Assembly: GCA_963823035.1 (NCBI GenBank)
Contig: CAWGKG010000004.1
Span: 96,001 to 160,000, forward strand
DNA: 64,000 bases
Origin: an uncultured Gemmatimonadales bacterium
Lineage (GTDB): Bacteria; Gemmatimonadota; Gemmatimonadetes; Longimicrobiales; Gaopeijiaceae
Direction: 5' to 3'
The position numbers and the translations under genes were made by a program. The notes beneath the pieces are model-generated. The model was not told the origin of the DNA. It saw only the letters and a program-made list of their open reading frames with translations, and made no database searches. The first letter of the stretch is position 1; each line of letters begins with the position of its first letter. Of this stretch, positions 28,839 through 40,336 are shown one piece after another.

Positions 28839-29375
28839 TCACCAAGCTGGTGTCGTTCTGACGCGGACCAGGTCGTGGATGCGGTGGAAGGCGGCACGCA
28901 ACGCCAGCCATCCCTCCCAGGCGGCCCACATGCACACCCACAGGCCCACCACCCAGCCCACGGCGGCGACGAAGAGGGTGGTCGCGGCGTGCATCGTCAG
29001 CACGGCGGACGTCAGGGAGATCCACGCGGTCGTCACCCAGGCCACCGCCAGCGCGGGGATGCTGAGCGCCACCCCGCAGGCGATCGCGGAGCGCGCCGTC
29101 TGGAAGTCCACGCCCGGTGGACGCCCGGCCCAGGCGAGGAGCGAACCGAGGATCAGGCCGCCGGTCGCGCCGAAGAGGAAGAGCACGGGCGCGAGGGAGA
29201 CCAGCGGTTGCGCCATCTCCGGGCTCCTGAGGGCGGCTGCGCCGACGAGGATGCCCCCGGCGGCGATGCCTCCCGCGGCCGCCCAGGAGACCACCACGCG
29301 GGCGCAGGGCGCGCCGACTCCGAGAAGGACCGCGCGGAGGTTGTGGACGACGTCGAATCGTTGCGGCGCGTGCAT
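28839..29375 (-). CDS. Hypothetical membrane protein, shorter paralog of 27824-28568
   Basis: Shares RVVVSW.AAGGI.AGG, SPEM.Q.L..LAPVLFL.GA.GGLI and TAWISLTSAVL. Confidence 0.7.
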   Translation of the reverse strand: MHAPQRFDVVHNLRAVLLGVGAPCARVVVSWAAAGGIAAGGILVGAAALRSPEMAQPLVSLAPVLFLFGATGGLILGSLLAWAGRPPGVDFQTARSAIACGVALSIPALAVAWVTTAWISLTSAVLTMHAATTLFVAAVGWVVGLWVCMWAAWEGWLALRAAFHRIHDLVRVRTTPAW

Positions 29376-29534
29376 GGCTCGACCCCCAGTCCCGGACGGA
29401 ACAGGCCGCATCGAGGCCATCCGGGTTCAAAGCTGCCTGCCTTCTATGCCTCAGCGCCGTATGGCGTCCGAGTCCGGGTCGAGCCCCCCACCACCTCCCC
29501 ACTCGACGCACGGTAGCCGACCGTGCGGAGGTAC

Positions 29535-29567
29535 GCTGTAGGACGGGGGAGGAAAAGCCTGTGGGGA
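29535..29567. repeat. Conserved 33-bp upstream element, copy 2
   Basis: GCTGTAGGACGGGGGAGGAAAAGCCTGTGGGGA, 27/33 identical to 28739-28771. Confidence 0.7.
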
Positions 29568-29630
29568 ATCCTCCCACGTCGCCGGCCCCGAACGGGGAGG
29601 GCCACCGCGCGGCCCTCCCCTCGCAAGGGG

Positions 29631-30098
29631 TCAGCGCACGGTGAAGTGGACCGTGTCCGTCACCCACGGCTGGAGCGGCACGTGCACGCCGTCCGCCACC
29701 ACCGCGATGAGGCGATGCTCGCCCGGGGGCACGTTCGTGAAGACGTATTCGCTGGCGCCCGTTCCCAGGTGGACCACGTGGCCGGGCACCGCCGGCACGA
29801 CCTCGCCGGGCTGGCCCAGGTCCTGGTCCAGGTAGAGGTGGTGGTGACCCGTGCCCGACGTCGTGTCGCCGGCGGGCACGATGCGGACGCCCGAGGCCGC
29901 CAGCCGAACCCGTACGGAGTCACCGGAGACGGTGGCGCCGTCGGCCGGCTCGAGGATCGTGACGGAGGCCGACGGCTCGGCCGCCGCGGTGGCCGCGGGC
30001 ATCGAGCTATCAGATTGGGGAGCGGGCTGTTCGCCTCCGCAGGCGACCGCGAAGAACGTGGCGGCGACGCCGAGGCGCAGGAACGGGCGGAGGGGCAT
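29631..30098 (-). CDS. DUF4399-domain lipoprotein
   Basis: Lipobox AVAC, EPADGATV, GHHHLYLD, HLGTG, PGEHRL and ADGVH. Confidence 0.85.
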   Translation of the reverse strand: MPLRPFLRLGVAATFFAVACGGEQPAPQSDSSMPAATAAAEPSASVTILEPADGATVSGDSVRVRLAASGVRIVPAGDTTSGTGHHHLYLDQDLGQPGEVVPAVPGHVVHLGTGASEYVFTNVPPGEHRLIAVVADGVHVPLQPWVTDTVHFTVR

Positions 30099-30266
30099 GG
30101 GGCACACACCTGTTTCGGGTGAAAGGGTCAGGGCTGGAGACCCTTCGGAGGGCGGGCGGTTCCCCAGCGCGGGGGCTGCGATTGCGCAACCGGGACAGTT
30201 GGGGGAGATTGCAATTCCGACGGCAGTGCGGCCAAATCCCCCATACGAAACCCTCGATCTCACTCC

Positions 30267-30896
30267 ATGGCAGCGCTCTCCCGGTGGTTCACACGGAAGC
30301 CAGAGCCCTCGTCTCGGGCGCAGCTCCCCCGCGACTGGGAGAAGGAGCTGGAAGCCTTCGAGGCGGAGGCGAAGAGTGCGTCTCGCGCTTTTCGCGGGAC
30401 TCCGCTCAACAAGGCCGGGGACCTGTGCCTGCGCGCTGGCGATCGCGAACGTGCGCTCACCTACTACGGCCGAGCGATCGACGCGCTCCTGGAGGACAGC
30501 CAGCGTGAGGCCGCGCGGGGCGTCGCGAACAAGATCATCCGCGTGCATCCGCAGGCCGTGCGCACCCTGTGCACGCTCACCTGGCTCGATCTGGCGTCCC
30601 GGCACATGGCCACGGCGCTCCTCCACCTGCGCGACTACGTGGAGTCGGCCAAGCGCGCCAGTCAGGAAGCGATCACGGGCGACCAGATCTTCGCGATGGC
30701 GCGCATCGCGCCGCAGGACGAGTTCCTCTCGGCCGCCGCGGACTCCCTCGACCAGCTCGGCTTCGCCGATCGAGCGTCCGAGGTCCGCGACTGGGCATCG
30801 GACGGCGGGTCGCCGGAAGCTCTCCGGGACGTCGGCGAGTTGGCGGAGCACTGCCTGATGTCCGCCGTGGGCGCGAACGCCGGCAAGGAGCGATGA
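30267..30896 (+). CDS. Hypothetical helical (TPR-like) protein
   Basis: LNKAGDLCLRAGDRERALTYYGRAID TPR-like helices and typical codon usage. Confidence 0.65.
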   Translation: MAALSRWFTRKPEPSSRAQLPRDWEKELEAFEAEAKSASRAFRGTPLNKAGDLCLRAGDRERALTYYGRAIDALLEDSQREAARGVANKIIRVHPQAVRTLCTLTWLDLASRHMATALLHLRDYVESAKRASQEAITGDQIFAMARIAPQDEFLSAAADSLDQLGFADRASEVRDWASDGGSPEALRDVGELAEHCLMSAVGANAGKER

Positions 30897-30921
30897 TCCG
30901 CTCGGGCGCGCGAATCGCTGC

Positions 30922-32446
30922 ATGAGCCTGATGCGGCGCAAGCCGGTCGAGCTCCTCCAGGCCGAGTCGACGGCCACCGGGGAGGGCACGCTCAACCGCA
31001 CACTGGGGCCGTGGTCCGTGACGTTCCTCGGCGTCGGCGCCGTCATCGGCGCGGGCATCTTCTCGGCGACCGGGTCGGCCATCGCGGGCGGTGCGGGTCA
31101 CCTGGGCGCCGGTCCGGCCATCGTCGTGTCGATGGTCATCACGGCGATCGCGTGCGGCTTCGCGGCGCTCTGCTACGCGGAGTTCGCCGCCATGGTCCCG
31201 GTGGCGGGCTCGGCCTACACGTACTCATACGCGGCGCTGGGTGAGCTGGTCGCGTGGATCATCGGTTGGGACCTGATCATCGAGTATGCGATCGGCAACG
31301 TCGCCGTGGCGATCTCCTGGTCGGGGTATTTCGTGGACCTCCTCGACTCCTTCGGCATCCACATCCCGGCGTGGATGGCGATCGACTACCGCACCGCCCA
31401 CCAGCTCTCCCTGTCGACGGAGCCGCTGAGCAGGCTCAACACCTACCTCGCGACCGCGGTCGAAACGGCCCCCCACGTCGCGGGCATCCCGATCGTCTTC
31501 AACCTCCCCGCCGTGCTCATCGTCGGGCTCATCACCATCCTCCTGGTGCGGGGCGTGAAGGAGTCGGCGCGCTTCAACACGGCGATGGTGATCCTGAAGC
31601 TCGGCATCATCGTGTTCTTCATCGTGGTCGGCTTCGCCTTCTTCCACCCGGAGAACCTCACCGCCTTCGGCGGGTTCGCCCCGAACGGGTTCAAGGGGAT
31701 CGGCACGGCGGCCGCGATCGTCTTCTTCGCCTACATCGGCTTCGACGCGGTGTCCACGGCGGCCGAGGAGACGAAGGACCCCCAGAAGAACATGCCCTTC
31801 GGCATCCTCATGAGCCTGGCCATCTGCACGGTGGTCTACGTGCTGGTCGCGCTCACGATGACCGGGATGGCGCCGTGGAACCGCCTGGGCACCGCCGAGC
31901 CCATGCTCACGGCGCTCGAGTTGTCGGGAGGCGGCGTGCGCCTGATCGCCGTGGCGCGCTTCATCGTCGGGCATCGGGGCCGTGGTGGCCATGACGTCCG
32001 TGCTGCTGGTGTTCCAGTACGGCCAGCCCCGCATCCTCCTGTCGATGGGGCGGGACGGCCTCCTGCCGGCGTGGGCATCGAAGGTGCACCCGCGCTTCCG
32101 CACCCCGCACGTCAACACGATCCTCACCGGCCTGTTCGTAGGCGGCATCTCGGCGTTCGCGAACATCAACGAGATGGTGGAGCTCACGAACATCGGCACC
32201 CTGTTCGCGTTCGTGCTGGTGTCGCTGGGCGTCCTGGTGCTGCGCTACCGCGACCCGAACCGCGCACGGCCCTTCCGTGCGCCCGGCTCGCCCTTCACGG
32301 AGATCCTCGCGGTGCTGGCCTGCGTCTACCTCATGGTGCAGCTCCCCAGGGTGACGTGGATCCGCTTCGTGGTGTGGCTCGCGATCGGCGCCGTGATCTA
32401 CTGGAACTACGGCCGCCGGCACAGCAGGATGGCCGCACGGGCGTGA
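30922..32446 (+). CDS. APC-family amino acid permease (cationic amino acid transporter-like), frameshift near 31975
   Basis: GAVIGAGIF, CYAEFAAMVPVAGSAYTY, FFAYIGFDAVSTAAEE, RDGLLP and NIGTLFAF. Confidence 0.92.
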
Positions 32447-33088
32447 GCCTCGAGCTACGCGTCAGGCCGCGGCACCAGGCCACGCCCATGTCCTGCTGGT
32501 GGGCTTCCACCGCGGTGGTCCTCCACTACTACGACCGGTACTACTCGTACCCCTGGGAGTACCGCCAAGCGTTCCGGCGGCCGGCCTGGCAGCCGTGCCA
32601 CCGGTCCCCTGGACCACGTCCTCCCGCCTCCGGACTACCCGTCCATCGACGAGGCGATGGGACGGGATCCCACGCTGCGCCACGCGATGGATCCGCGGGA
32701 CATCGCCCCGTACATGTGGTACGAGCTGGGGCTGCCGAACACGGCACACGGCCTCCGCCGCTACTGCGACCTGACGGGCTTTCGGGGGGTTCCCGACTGT
32801 CCGCCGTACGGCAGATGGACCGTCGCCGACGTCGAGCGCATCCTCCGCCACCGGGGGCTCTTCATCTTCTTCGGGTTCTGGAGCGGCTTTCCCCACGCGA
32901 TCGTCGTCTGCGGCGCCAACACGGACTCCGGCATGGTGGCGTTCATGGACCCGGCGCAGGGCTTCGTGCACAGCGAGGCCGTGGAGGCCTTCAACGGCCG
33001 CATGGGCAACATGATCATCAGCGCGGACGCGATCGGCTACAACCCGGTCCACTACCCCACGGGCAACCCGGTGCGGGCGACCGTCTGA
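32443..33088 (+). CDS. Papain-like cysteine protease (C39/C70 AvrRpt2-like), frameshift near 32595
   Basis: Q..MSCWWAS (catalytic Cys), HAIVVCG (His) and MDP (Asp). GTGA overlap with the permease. Confidence 0.65.
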
Positions 33089-33205
33089 GCGCTCGCCGCC
33101 CCGTCCTTCGGCCGGTGTGCATGTTCCGGCGCTTCGGACGTCCTCCAGTCCAGACGGGCGAGATCGAGCCCGCCGTGAAGCTCGCGAGGACCCCTGGAGG
33201 CTACG

Positions 33206-34661
33206 ATGCGTGCATTCCTGTCGACCGTGGCGGTGCTGGCCGCCTTCGCCCTACCGTCCATCCCCTCCCACCCTGAACCGGGGCCGACTCCGCCGGCGCC
33301 CGACGCGGTGCACCTCCGGTCCTCGCGGGCCGACCGGGACTCCGTGTCGATCACCGTCTACAACCAGAACTTCGGGCTCGTGCGGGAGATCCGGACCTTG
33401 GACCTTCCCGGCGGCGAGCTCTCCCTCGAGTACGGGGACGTCGCCTCCAGCATCCAGCCCGAGACCGTGCACATCCGACGCGCTGGACCGCGGCGCTCTG
33501 GACGTGCTGGAGCAGAACTATCAGTACGATCTGCTCAGCCCGCAGAAGCTCCTCGAGAAGTACGTCGGGCGGACGGTCACCGTGTACCGGACGAACCCGG
33601 TGTCGGGCGTCGAGGAGGGGGTCGAGGCGGAGGTGCTGTCGGTGAACGGCGGTACGATCCTGCGCATCGGCGACGAGATCACCTTCAACGTTCCGGGGCG
33701 CTTCGGCTTTCCCGAGGTGCCCGACAACCTGATCGCCGAGCCGACGCTCCTCTGGCGTCTGGACGCCGCGCGCGGGCCGCGCCGGGTGGAGGTGTCGTAC
33801 CTGACCAACGACCTGAACTGGAAGGCCGACTACGTGATGGTCCTCGGCGAGGACGACCGCTCGGCGGACCTGACCGGGTGGGTGACCCTCACCAACCAGA
33901 GCGGCACGCGCTACGACGGCGCGCGCCTGCAGCTCGTGGCGGGGGACGTGCAGCGCGTCTCGGGCGCCAAGGGCGAGATGCGTCAGCGCATGATGGCGGA
34001 CGCGTTGGCGCTCGAGGAAAGGGCCGACTTCAGTGAGCAGGCGTTCTTCGAGTACCACCTGTACACGCTGGGCCGGCCGGCCGACGTGGCGAACAACGAG
34101 CAGAAGCAGCTCACGCTGCTGGAGGCGAGCGGCTTCGACGTCCAGAAGCGCCTCGTCTTCCAGGGGTCGGCTCCCTACTACCGCGGCTCGTACGGACAGG
34201 TCGCCTCGAGCCAGAAGGTGGGCGTCTACCTCGACTTCATGAACACGAAGAAGGCCGGCCTCGGCATGCCGCTGCCCCAGGGCATCGTGCGCGTGTACAA
34301 GCGCGACGCCTCGGGCGGTCAGCAGTTCGTGGGCGAGGACCGGATCGACCACACGCCCCGCGACGAGAGGGTGCGCATCAAGATGGGCGAGGCGTTCGAC
34401 GTGGTGGGCGACCGGCGCCAGATGGACTACACCGTGGTGTCGAGCTGCGTCTCCGAGAGCAGCTGGCGCGTGGACCTGCGCAACCACAAGGACGAGGACG
34501 TGGCGGTCACGCTCATGGAGCCGGTCGGAGGCGATTGGGAGATCCTCTCCTCGACGCACCCGTACACGAAGCTCGACGCGTGGACGTTCTCCTTCCAGCC
34601 GACCGTGCCTGCCCGCGGGGAGACCCGCGTGGAGTATCGCGTGCGCGTGCGCTGGTGCTGA
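33206..34661 (+). CDS. DUF4139-domain exported protein, frameshift near 33475
   Basis: SITVYNQNFGLVRE, EQNYQYDL, SYLT..LNWKADY, QLVAGDV, EYHLY and GEDRIDHTP. Confidence 0.88.
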
Positions 34662-34707
34662 GGCCCGGCGGTGGGGCAACGCACGGCACGCTCTCTCTGC
34701 TGGTCCG

Positions 34708-35436
34708 CTACGGCTCGCTGTTGGCGTCGTGTTCGCTGACGCGGTCTCCGTTCTGGCGGAGCTTCCGGTACAGCGTCCGGCGGTCGATGCCGAGGATGCG
34801 GGCCGCCTCGCCCTCGTGGCTGCCGGTCTTCTTGAGGACCTGCGCCGTATAGGCACGCTCCAGGCGATCGAGGGTCCACTCCTCGGCCAGCGGCCGGGCC
34901 CAGGACCTCGCCGAGGTCCCGCTCCAGAGGTGCGCGAGCGACTCGCAGGTGATGCTGGCCTCGCCGCGGGAGAGGAGGACGGCCCGTTCCACGGCGTGCT
35001 TCAGCTCACGCACGTTCCCCGGCCACCTGCAGGCGACGAGCCACTCCACGCAGCAGTCGGGGATGGGCAGAGCCTCCAGGCCCGCCGACGCCGCGAACTC
35101 GTCGCGGAAGTGCGCGGCGAGCAGGGGGATGTCCTCGAGGGCGCTCGCGGAGGGGCGGGATGTCGATGGGAAAGACGTTGAGGCGGTAAGAGAGGTCCCC
35201 GCGGGAGCTCCCTTTCGCGCACCCGCTCGGCGAGGCTCACGTTCGTCGCGGACAGGAGGCGGAAGTCGAGCGGGACGTCGTGGCGGTCTCCGCCCCGCTG
35301 GATCGTCCCGTCCTGCACCGCCCGCAGGAGCTTGGCCTGGAGCGCCGGCGCGATGCACTCCACGTCGTCGAGGAACACGGTTCCTCCGGTGGATCAGGTC
35401 GAAGACCCTCTGCATCGCCTTCGACTCCCCGATCAT
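34708..35436 (-). pseudogene. Degraded sigma-54-dependent (NtrC/Fis-family) activator
   Basis: IGESKAMQRV joins directly to GGTVFLDDV, so Walker A and GAFTGA are deleted. WPGNVRELKHAVERA and the HTH AARILGIDRRTLYRKL remain. Several frameshifts. Confidence 0.8.
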
Positions 35437-35560
35437 GCCGCAGCATCCCCGGCGCGCACACCACCTCCCAACCTCACGCCGGCGAGCTGCGCGCCCGACC
35501 CGGACGAGAGTGACGCGGAGCTGAACCCCGACGGGCTGCCGCTGTGCGACGACGGAATGC

Positions 35561-35710
35561 CGATGAAGAAGGCCAGCGGCCGCGGCAGGGTGCGGTGGGT
35601 GAAGGAGTAGCCTCCGCCGGCGAGTGGAATGGCGGCACCCAGCTCGCTGTAGTTCAGGGCGGTGAAGACCGTCATCAGGCCCATCGCCAGATAGGCGAGG
35701 ATGCCGAGGG
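35561..35710 (-). pseudogene. Fragment of an APC-family amino acid permease
   Basis: FTALNYSELGAAIPLAGGGYSF..PLAFF, isolated with no start or remainder. Confidence 0.65.
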
Positions 35711-35759
35711 GCCGTTCGGACGCTGGTCGCGTTATGGGGACGGCTCGGCACAAGGCGGA

Positions 35760-36133
35760 ACTGGATCTTCCCCGGCCATTCCCCTCTCCTGGTGGACCTG
35801 TCCGTCTTCGCGGTGGTGCTCGTGATCGCCTATCTGAGCGCCGACCTGGCCTTCCGGATCCAGTACCTGATCATGGCCGTGATCGCGCTCTCGCCGGTGG
35901 CCCACGAGCGCCTGGAGGAGATGCGCGATCTGTGTCGGATTCCGCCTCGCGCCCGCGTGCACGTCGTTCCGGGGAGCTTCTGGGACGTGTTGAGCCGCGC
36001 GGACCAGGCCGACCTGGAGGTGTTCGGACTCCCGCACGAACGCCCCCTGCAGTTCATGGCATCGATGGTGGAGCGGACACGGGCTTCGTGCCTCTTCCTG
36101 GCCGACTCGGGCGAGGAGGACGCGCTGGCGTGA
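35760..36133 (+). pseudogene. Internally deleted cation-chloride cotransporter (SLC12-like) remnant
   Basis: TM segment SADLAFRIQYLIMAVIALS fused to the C-terminal ADLEVFGL..SCLFLADSGEEDALA. Confidence 0.6.
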
Positions 36134-36181
36134 CGTGAGGTGACACGTCGAGAGGAGATCGGCCCCCGGGGACGTCGTTTC

Positions 36182-37497
36182 CTAGGGGATCCGCCGTCGG
36201 ACCTCGCGGAACGTGTCCTCGGCCACCGAGCCGGCCAGCTCCGCGAGCAGCTTGTCTTCGATCTCGGCGTACTGCCGGCGCTGCGCCGCCGGGTCGAAGA
36301 GGAGCTGCTCGCCCCGGCTCAGGTCGAGGTCGCGGTAGCTCCCGCCGTACCGGCCGCGCTCGAAGCGGACGGACTCGGAGGCCCGGGCGGTGGAGGAGGC
36401 GACGCGGGTGCCGCGCTCGTCGAAGATCGTGATCGTCGCCTCGACGGCGTAGCGCACCCGCCCCCGCTCCACCGTCCAGGTGACGGTACGGCCCCGGCTG
36501 TTGCGCGCCGTGCGCGACTCGCTCTTCAGGTCGCTCTCGGTCACGTCGAGCTTCGTGAGCTCCACGAGCGCCCCGAAGTCGGCGCCCACCTCCTCCAGCA
36601 CCCGTCCGGGCCGGAAGGTGGCTCCGCCGGGGAAGAGGCGACGGGTGGTCTGGCGCACCGCGACGGGATCGGCCACCGCCACGAAGAGGGGCGGGCTCCG
36701 CCAGTGCTCCAGCTCCAGCACGTCGGAGAGCTGACCCTCGAGATCGGCCTCCGACGCTTCGCGCACCTGCGTGGTGCTCCCTACCGGGAAGATCGCCAGG
36801 ACGCGGAGCCCGCTCGACAGCGAGCGCTCCTGGACGTCGGAGGCCGCGTCGACGACGTCGCGGGGGAGGGGTCCGGCGACCGCCAGCGCCTCGGCGGCGC
36901 GCTCGTACGCGGCGCGGTAGCGCGCGTCGTCCGCCTCGGCGCTCGCCCAGAGCGACCAGGAGATCGGCCTCGGCGTCGAGGCTCGCCCGCGCCCGGTCGG
37001 GTGTGGGTTCGAAGTCGGAGCGGATCCTCCGGTACGCGGCGCGGGCGTCGTTCCACCGTCCCCGGTCGCGGAGCGAATCGCCGCGCTCGAGGAGCCGCTC
37101 CGCGGCCGCGTCGAAGGCCTCGCGCCGGCGCGGGGCCCACGCGTCGGGCGTCGGGATCGTCGCGCCCACCTCGCGCCCACGGGCCAGGAGCGCGTCCACC
37201 CTGCGCAGTTGCCTCGGCGGCGCCCACCGGGTCGTCCGTTTCCAGGAGCTCCGCGGAGCGCCGCATCCCGAGCCGCACCGCAGAGTCCCCGGCCTCGTAC
37301 AGGCCCCGGCGCGCGTCCTCGAGGGTGGGTTCCTTCTCGAGCGCGTCGGCGTAGCGCTCGGCGGCCTCGAACCAGTCCCCACGGGCCTCGGCGTCCAGCC
37401 CCTGCTCGAGCCGCTTGCCGGCCGACGCGCAGGCGGTGGCGGCGACGAGCGCCGCCACCACCGCCGTACGGATCGGTGCGATGCTACGAGCCGTCAC
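36182..37497 (-). CDS. Hypothetical TPR-like lipoprotein (frameshifts near 37210 and 36950)
   Basis: Lipobox ATAC, TPR-like GDWFEAAERYADALE, and a C-terminal alpha/beta domain. Confidence 0.65.
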
Positions 37498-40127
37498 TCA
37501 CCACCGTGCTCTTGGTGTCCTTGAGGTGGACGTCCAGCCACGCCGTCCACCGGGCCCACAGGTCGAGCAGCGTCTCCTTGGCCGCCGGCCCGTGGTCCTC
37601 GTACGGATAGAGATACATCGCCGCTTCCTTTCCCAACCCGTTGAGGGCGTGGAACATGCGCGGCGTATGTGCCGGATCGGTGCCGACGTTCTGGTCGTGC
37701 AGCCCGTGGTACATGAGCAGTGCGCCCGTCAGCTCGTCCGCGTACATGAAGGGCGACATCGAGAGGTAGACGTCCTTGGCGTCCCAGAAGAAGCGACGCT
37801 CGTTCTGGAAGGCCAGGGGCGTGTACGTCCGGTTGTAGTTGCCGTCCCCGGCGATCCCCACCTTGAAGAACGGGGTGTGCACCATGGCGTTGGCCGTCGA
37901 GAACGCGCCGTACGAGTGGCCGCCGATGCCCAGGCGATGCCGATCGATCAGCTCGCGCCGGTCCAGCTCGTCGATCACGGCCGCGAGGTTGTTGCGGAGG
38001 TCGTGCTCGTAGTTGTTGTTCATCTGCCCGGCCTTGCCGACGATGGGAGCGTCGGGCTCGACCACCGCGTACCCCAGGCGGGCCAGGTACTGCATGGAGC
38101 GCGTGCCGAAGTTGGGGAACGCGTTCTTGTTGTAGGTGCGCGCGCCCTCGTCGTACTTCTCCTGGTTCTCGTACTCGCGCGGATAGAACCAGAACATCGC
38201 CGGCAGCCGACCGCTCTTGTAGCCGGGAGGCAGCGTCACGTTCACGAGGAAGCGGAAGCCGTCCGGCCGCTCCACCACGAAGCGCTCACGTGGCGCCGCG
38301 GTCAGGTCGGGCGTGTAGTCCTGGTTCTGCGTGAGCTGGGCTGCCCTCGGTGCCGTTCGCATAGAGGTACGACTGTGCCACCTGCATCGGGCCCTCGCGC
38401 TCCACCACGTAGCGCCCCGCGTCGATGTCGAGGATGGCCGTGATGCGCTCCCACGCCCCCTCGTTCGAGCTCTCGTAGAGGCGGGTCTTGTCGCCCGTGG
38501 CGATCGACACGCGGTCCATGAAGCTGCGCGGCCCGTGCTCGACCGGGTCGTGGTCGTACTCGGTGCCGTAGTAGAAGACGCTGCCGCCGTCCGCGGACAG
38601 CTGGACGACGTCCCCGCCGCCGCCGCCGCCGCGCCCGAAGAAGCCGCGACCGCGGGACGGCACGCCGCCCCCTTCGAGGACCAGGTTGCCGGGGTTCGCG
38701 TAGAAGTCGTCGGCTCCGTAGCGTGCCAGCGTGTGCTTCGTGGCCGGGTCGGAGAGCGACACCGCGAACTCGTGGACGTTCTGCCCCTGCCGCTCGCTCA
38801 GGAAGAGCGTCTGGTGGTCCGGCGAATAGTGGTGCGCGCTCATGCGGTTGTCGTTCACGTACAGGACCTTCAGGCTCGTGCTGTCGAACGGAGCGGTCCA
38901 CTGCATCACGCGGTCCTTGCGACGCGCGCGACCGTTCTGTCCCTGTCCCTCCGCAGCCTGGGGACCCGGGTCCGAGGACGCCGAGTCGGGCGCCGGCTCC
39001 TGCTCCAGGAACGTCAGCCCCTGGTCGTCGGCCCGCCACGCCACCTGGCGCTTCCCGTCGTCGCGTCCGCCGCCGGCGACACCCGGAGCGGCCGGGGTGT
39101 CGTCGTCCCGCAGCCCCGTGTTGAGGGGCGTGTGGTCGAACGCCAGAAGCATCTTCCCGCTCCGGTCCCAGATCTCCTGCTCGGTGCCGAAGTTGTTGAC
39201 CGGGACGAGGTAGCTGAACGGCTTCAGGAGCTTGGTGACGCGGACGTACTCGCCGTTCGGCGAGAAGTCGAAGCCCTCGATCATCGTGGGTGGGCCGACC
39301 TTCTCGACGCTGCGGTTGCCGACGTCGATGAGCGCGAGCTGACCGGTCGTGTGCCACTCGAGCAGCAACTCGTCGTACGGCGTCGCCATCAGGCTCGCGT
39401 AGGTGCGCAGGATGTTCTCCCCGTCCTCGGTCATCTTCACCCGCGGCCCGGTCGGCGCGGCCGGGGGGAGGGGCCGCGCGGAGCGTCCGTCGGGTGGGAG
39501 GATCGTCGCGATCTTCTTGCCGTCCGCCGTCCACGCGAAGGTGGAGACCGCGGTGGCCAGCACCGGCGTGCGCGTCAGCTGACGGGCGCGGCCGTTCGAG
39601 GGATCGGCCACCCAGATGTGCGTGGCGTCCGGGGTGTGCACGTAGAAGGCGAGCTGTGCGCCGCCGGGGGACCAGGTCGCGTTGGAGACCCGCGCCCCCG
39701 CGGGCACCTGGATCTTCACGCGGTGGCCGTCCGAGGCGGACACCACCTCGAGGCCCGCGTCACTCCGGATCGTCAGGTTGCGATCCCGGTTGGCGGCGAA
39801 GTCGATGAACATCCCGCCGAGCTCGTCGAACGGCTTGGAGAAGCGCGTCATCGGCACCGGTCCGTCGCCGATCTGGTTGGCGAACCACTGCCGGTCGGCG
39901 CTCATCTCCGAGAGCGTGACGTTCAGGTAGCGGGGCGCGAGGACGGCCTCCGCGATGTCGTCCTGCGGCGCCACGTAGCCTTTGGCGGCGAGGATCTCCT
40001 GAGGGTTCCAGCTTCCGTTCTGGGCGGAGAGGCCCAGAGGCAGGAGGAGGGCCAAGGCGGCGGTTGCCACCGTCCAGCGGGAGCGGGTGCGCCGCCGCAG
40101 CGGCCTCGGACCGGGATGGCGGGTCAC
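37484..40127 (-). CDS. S9-family (prolyl oligopeptidase-like) exported peptidase, frameshift near 38345
   Basis: Signal peptide and beta-propeller repeats, catalytic GHSYG, HG..DQNVG and YEDHG. Confidence 0.92.
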
Positions 40128-40336
40128 GTTTACCTCCAGGGTCGAACCGGGGAGTTCTGGTTGGGAAAGGGCGGAGCCGCGGACCCCGCGACGCCCGACG
40201 CGTACAATCGGAGGGGTCTACGACATCCACAAGGGACAGCCGACGGCGGTGGAAGGTTGAACGCCGAACGCCCCACCCCACGGTGTGGGATGGGGCGCCC
40301 CGACGCGGCGGACCCGCGGAGGGAGGCCGCCTACGG

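Noticed and set aside
28566..29600. CRISPR-like repeats
   Set aside because: Only two copies about 800 bp apart, explained by gene duplication. No spacers or cas genes.
19045..29600. Horizontally acquired island
   Set aside because: Parts look slightly less GC-rich by eye, but I could not compute this, and there is no integrase, tRNA or flanking repeat.
34708..35436. Functional sigma-54 activator
   Set aside because: Walker A and the GAFTGA loop are deleted.
35480..35570. Transposase or IS element
   Set aside because: Only a short weak motif, with no DDE domain, terminal repeats or target duplication.
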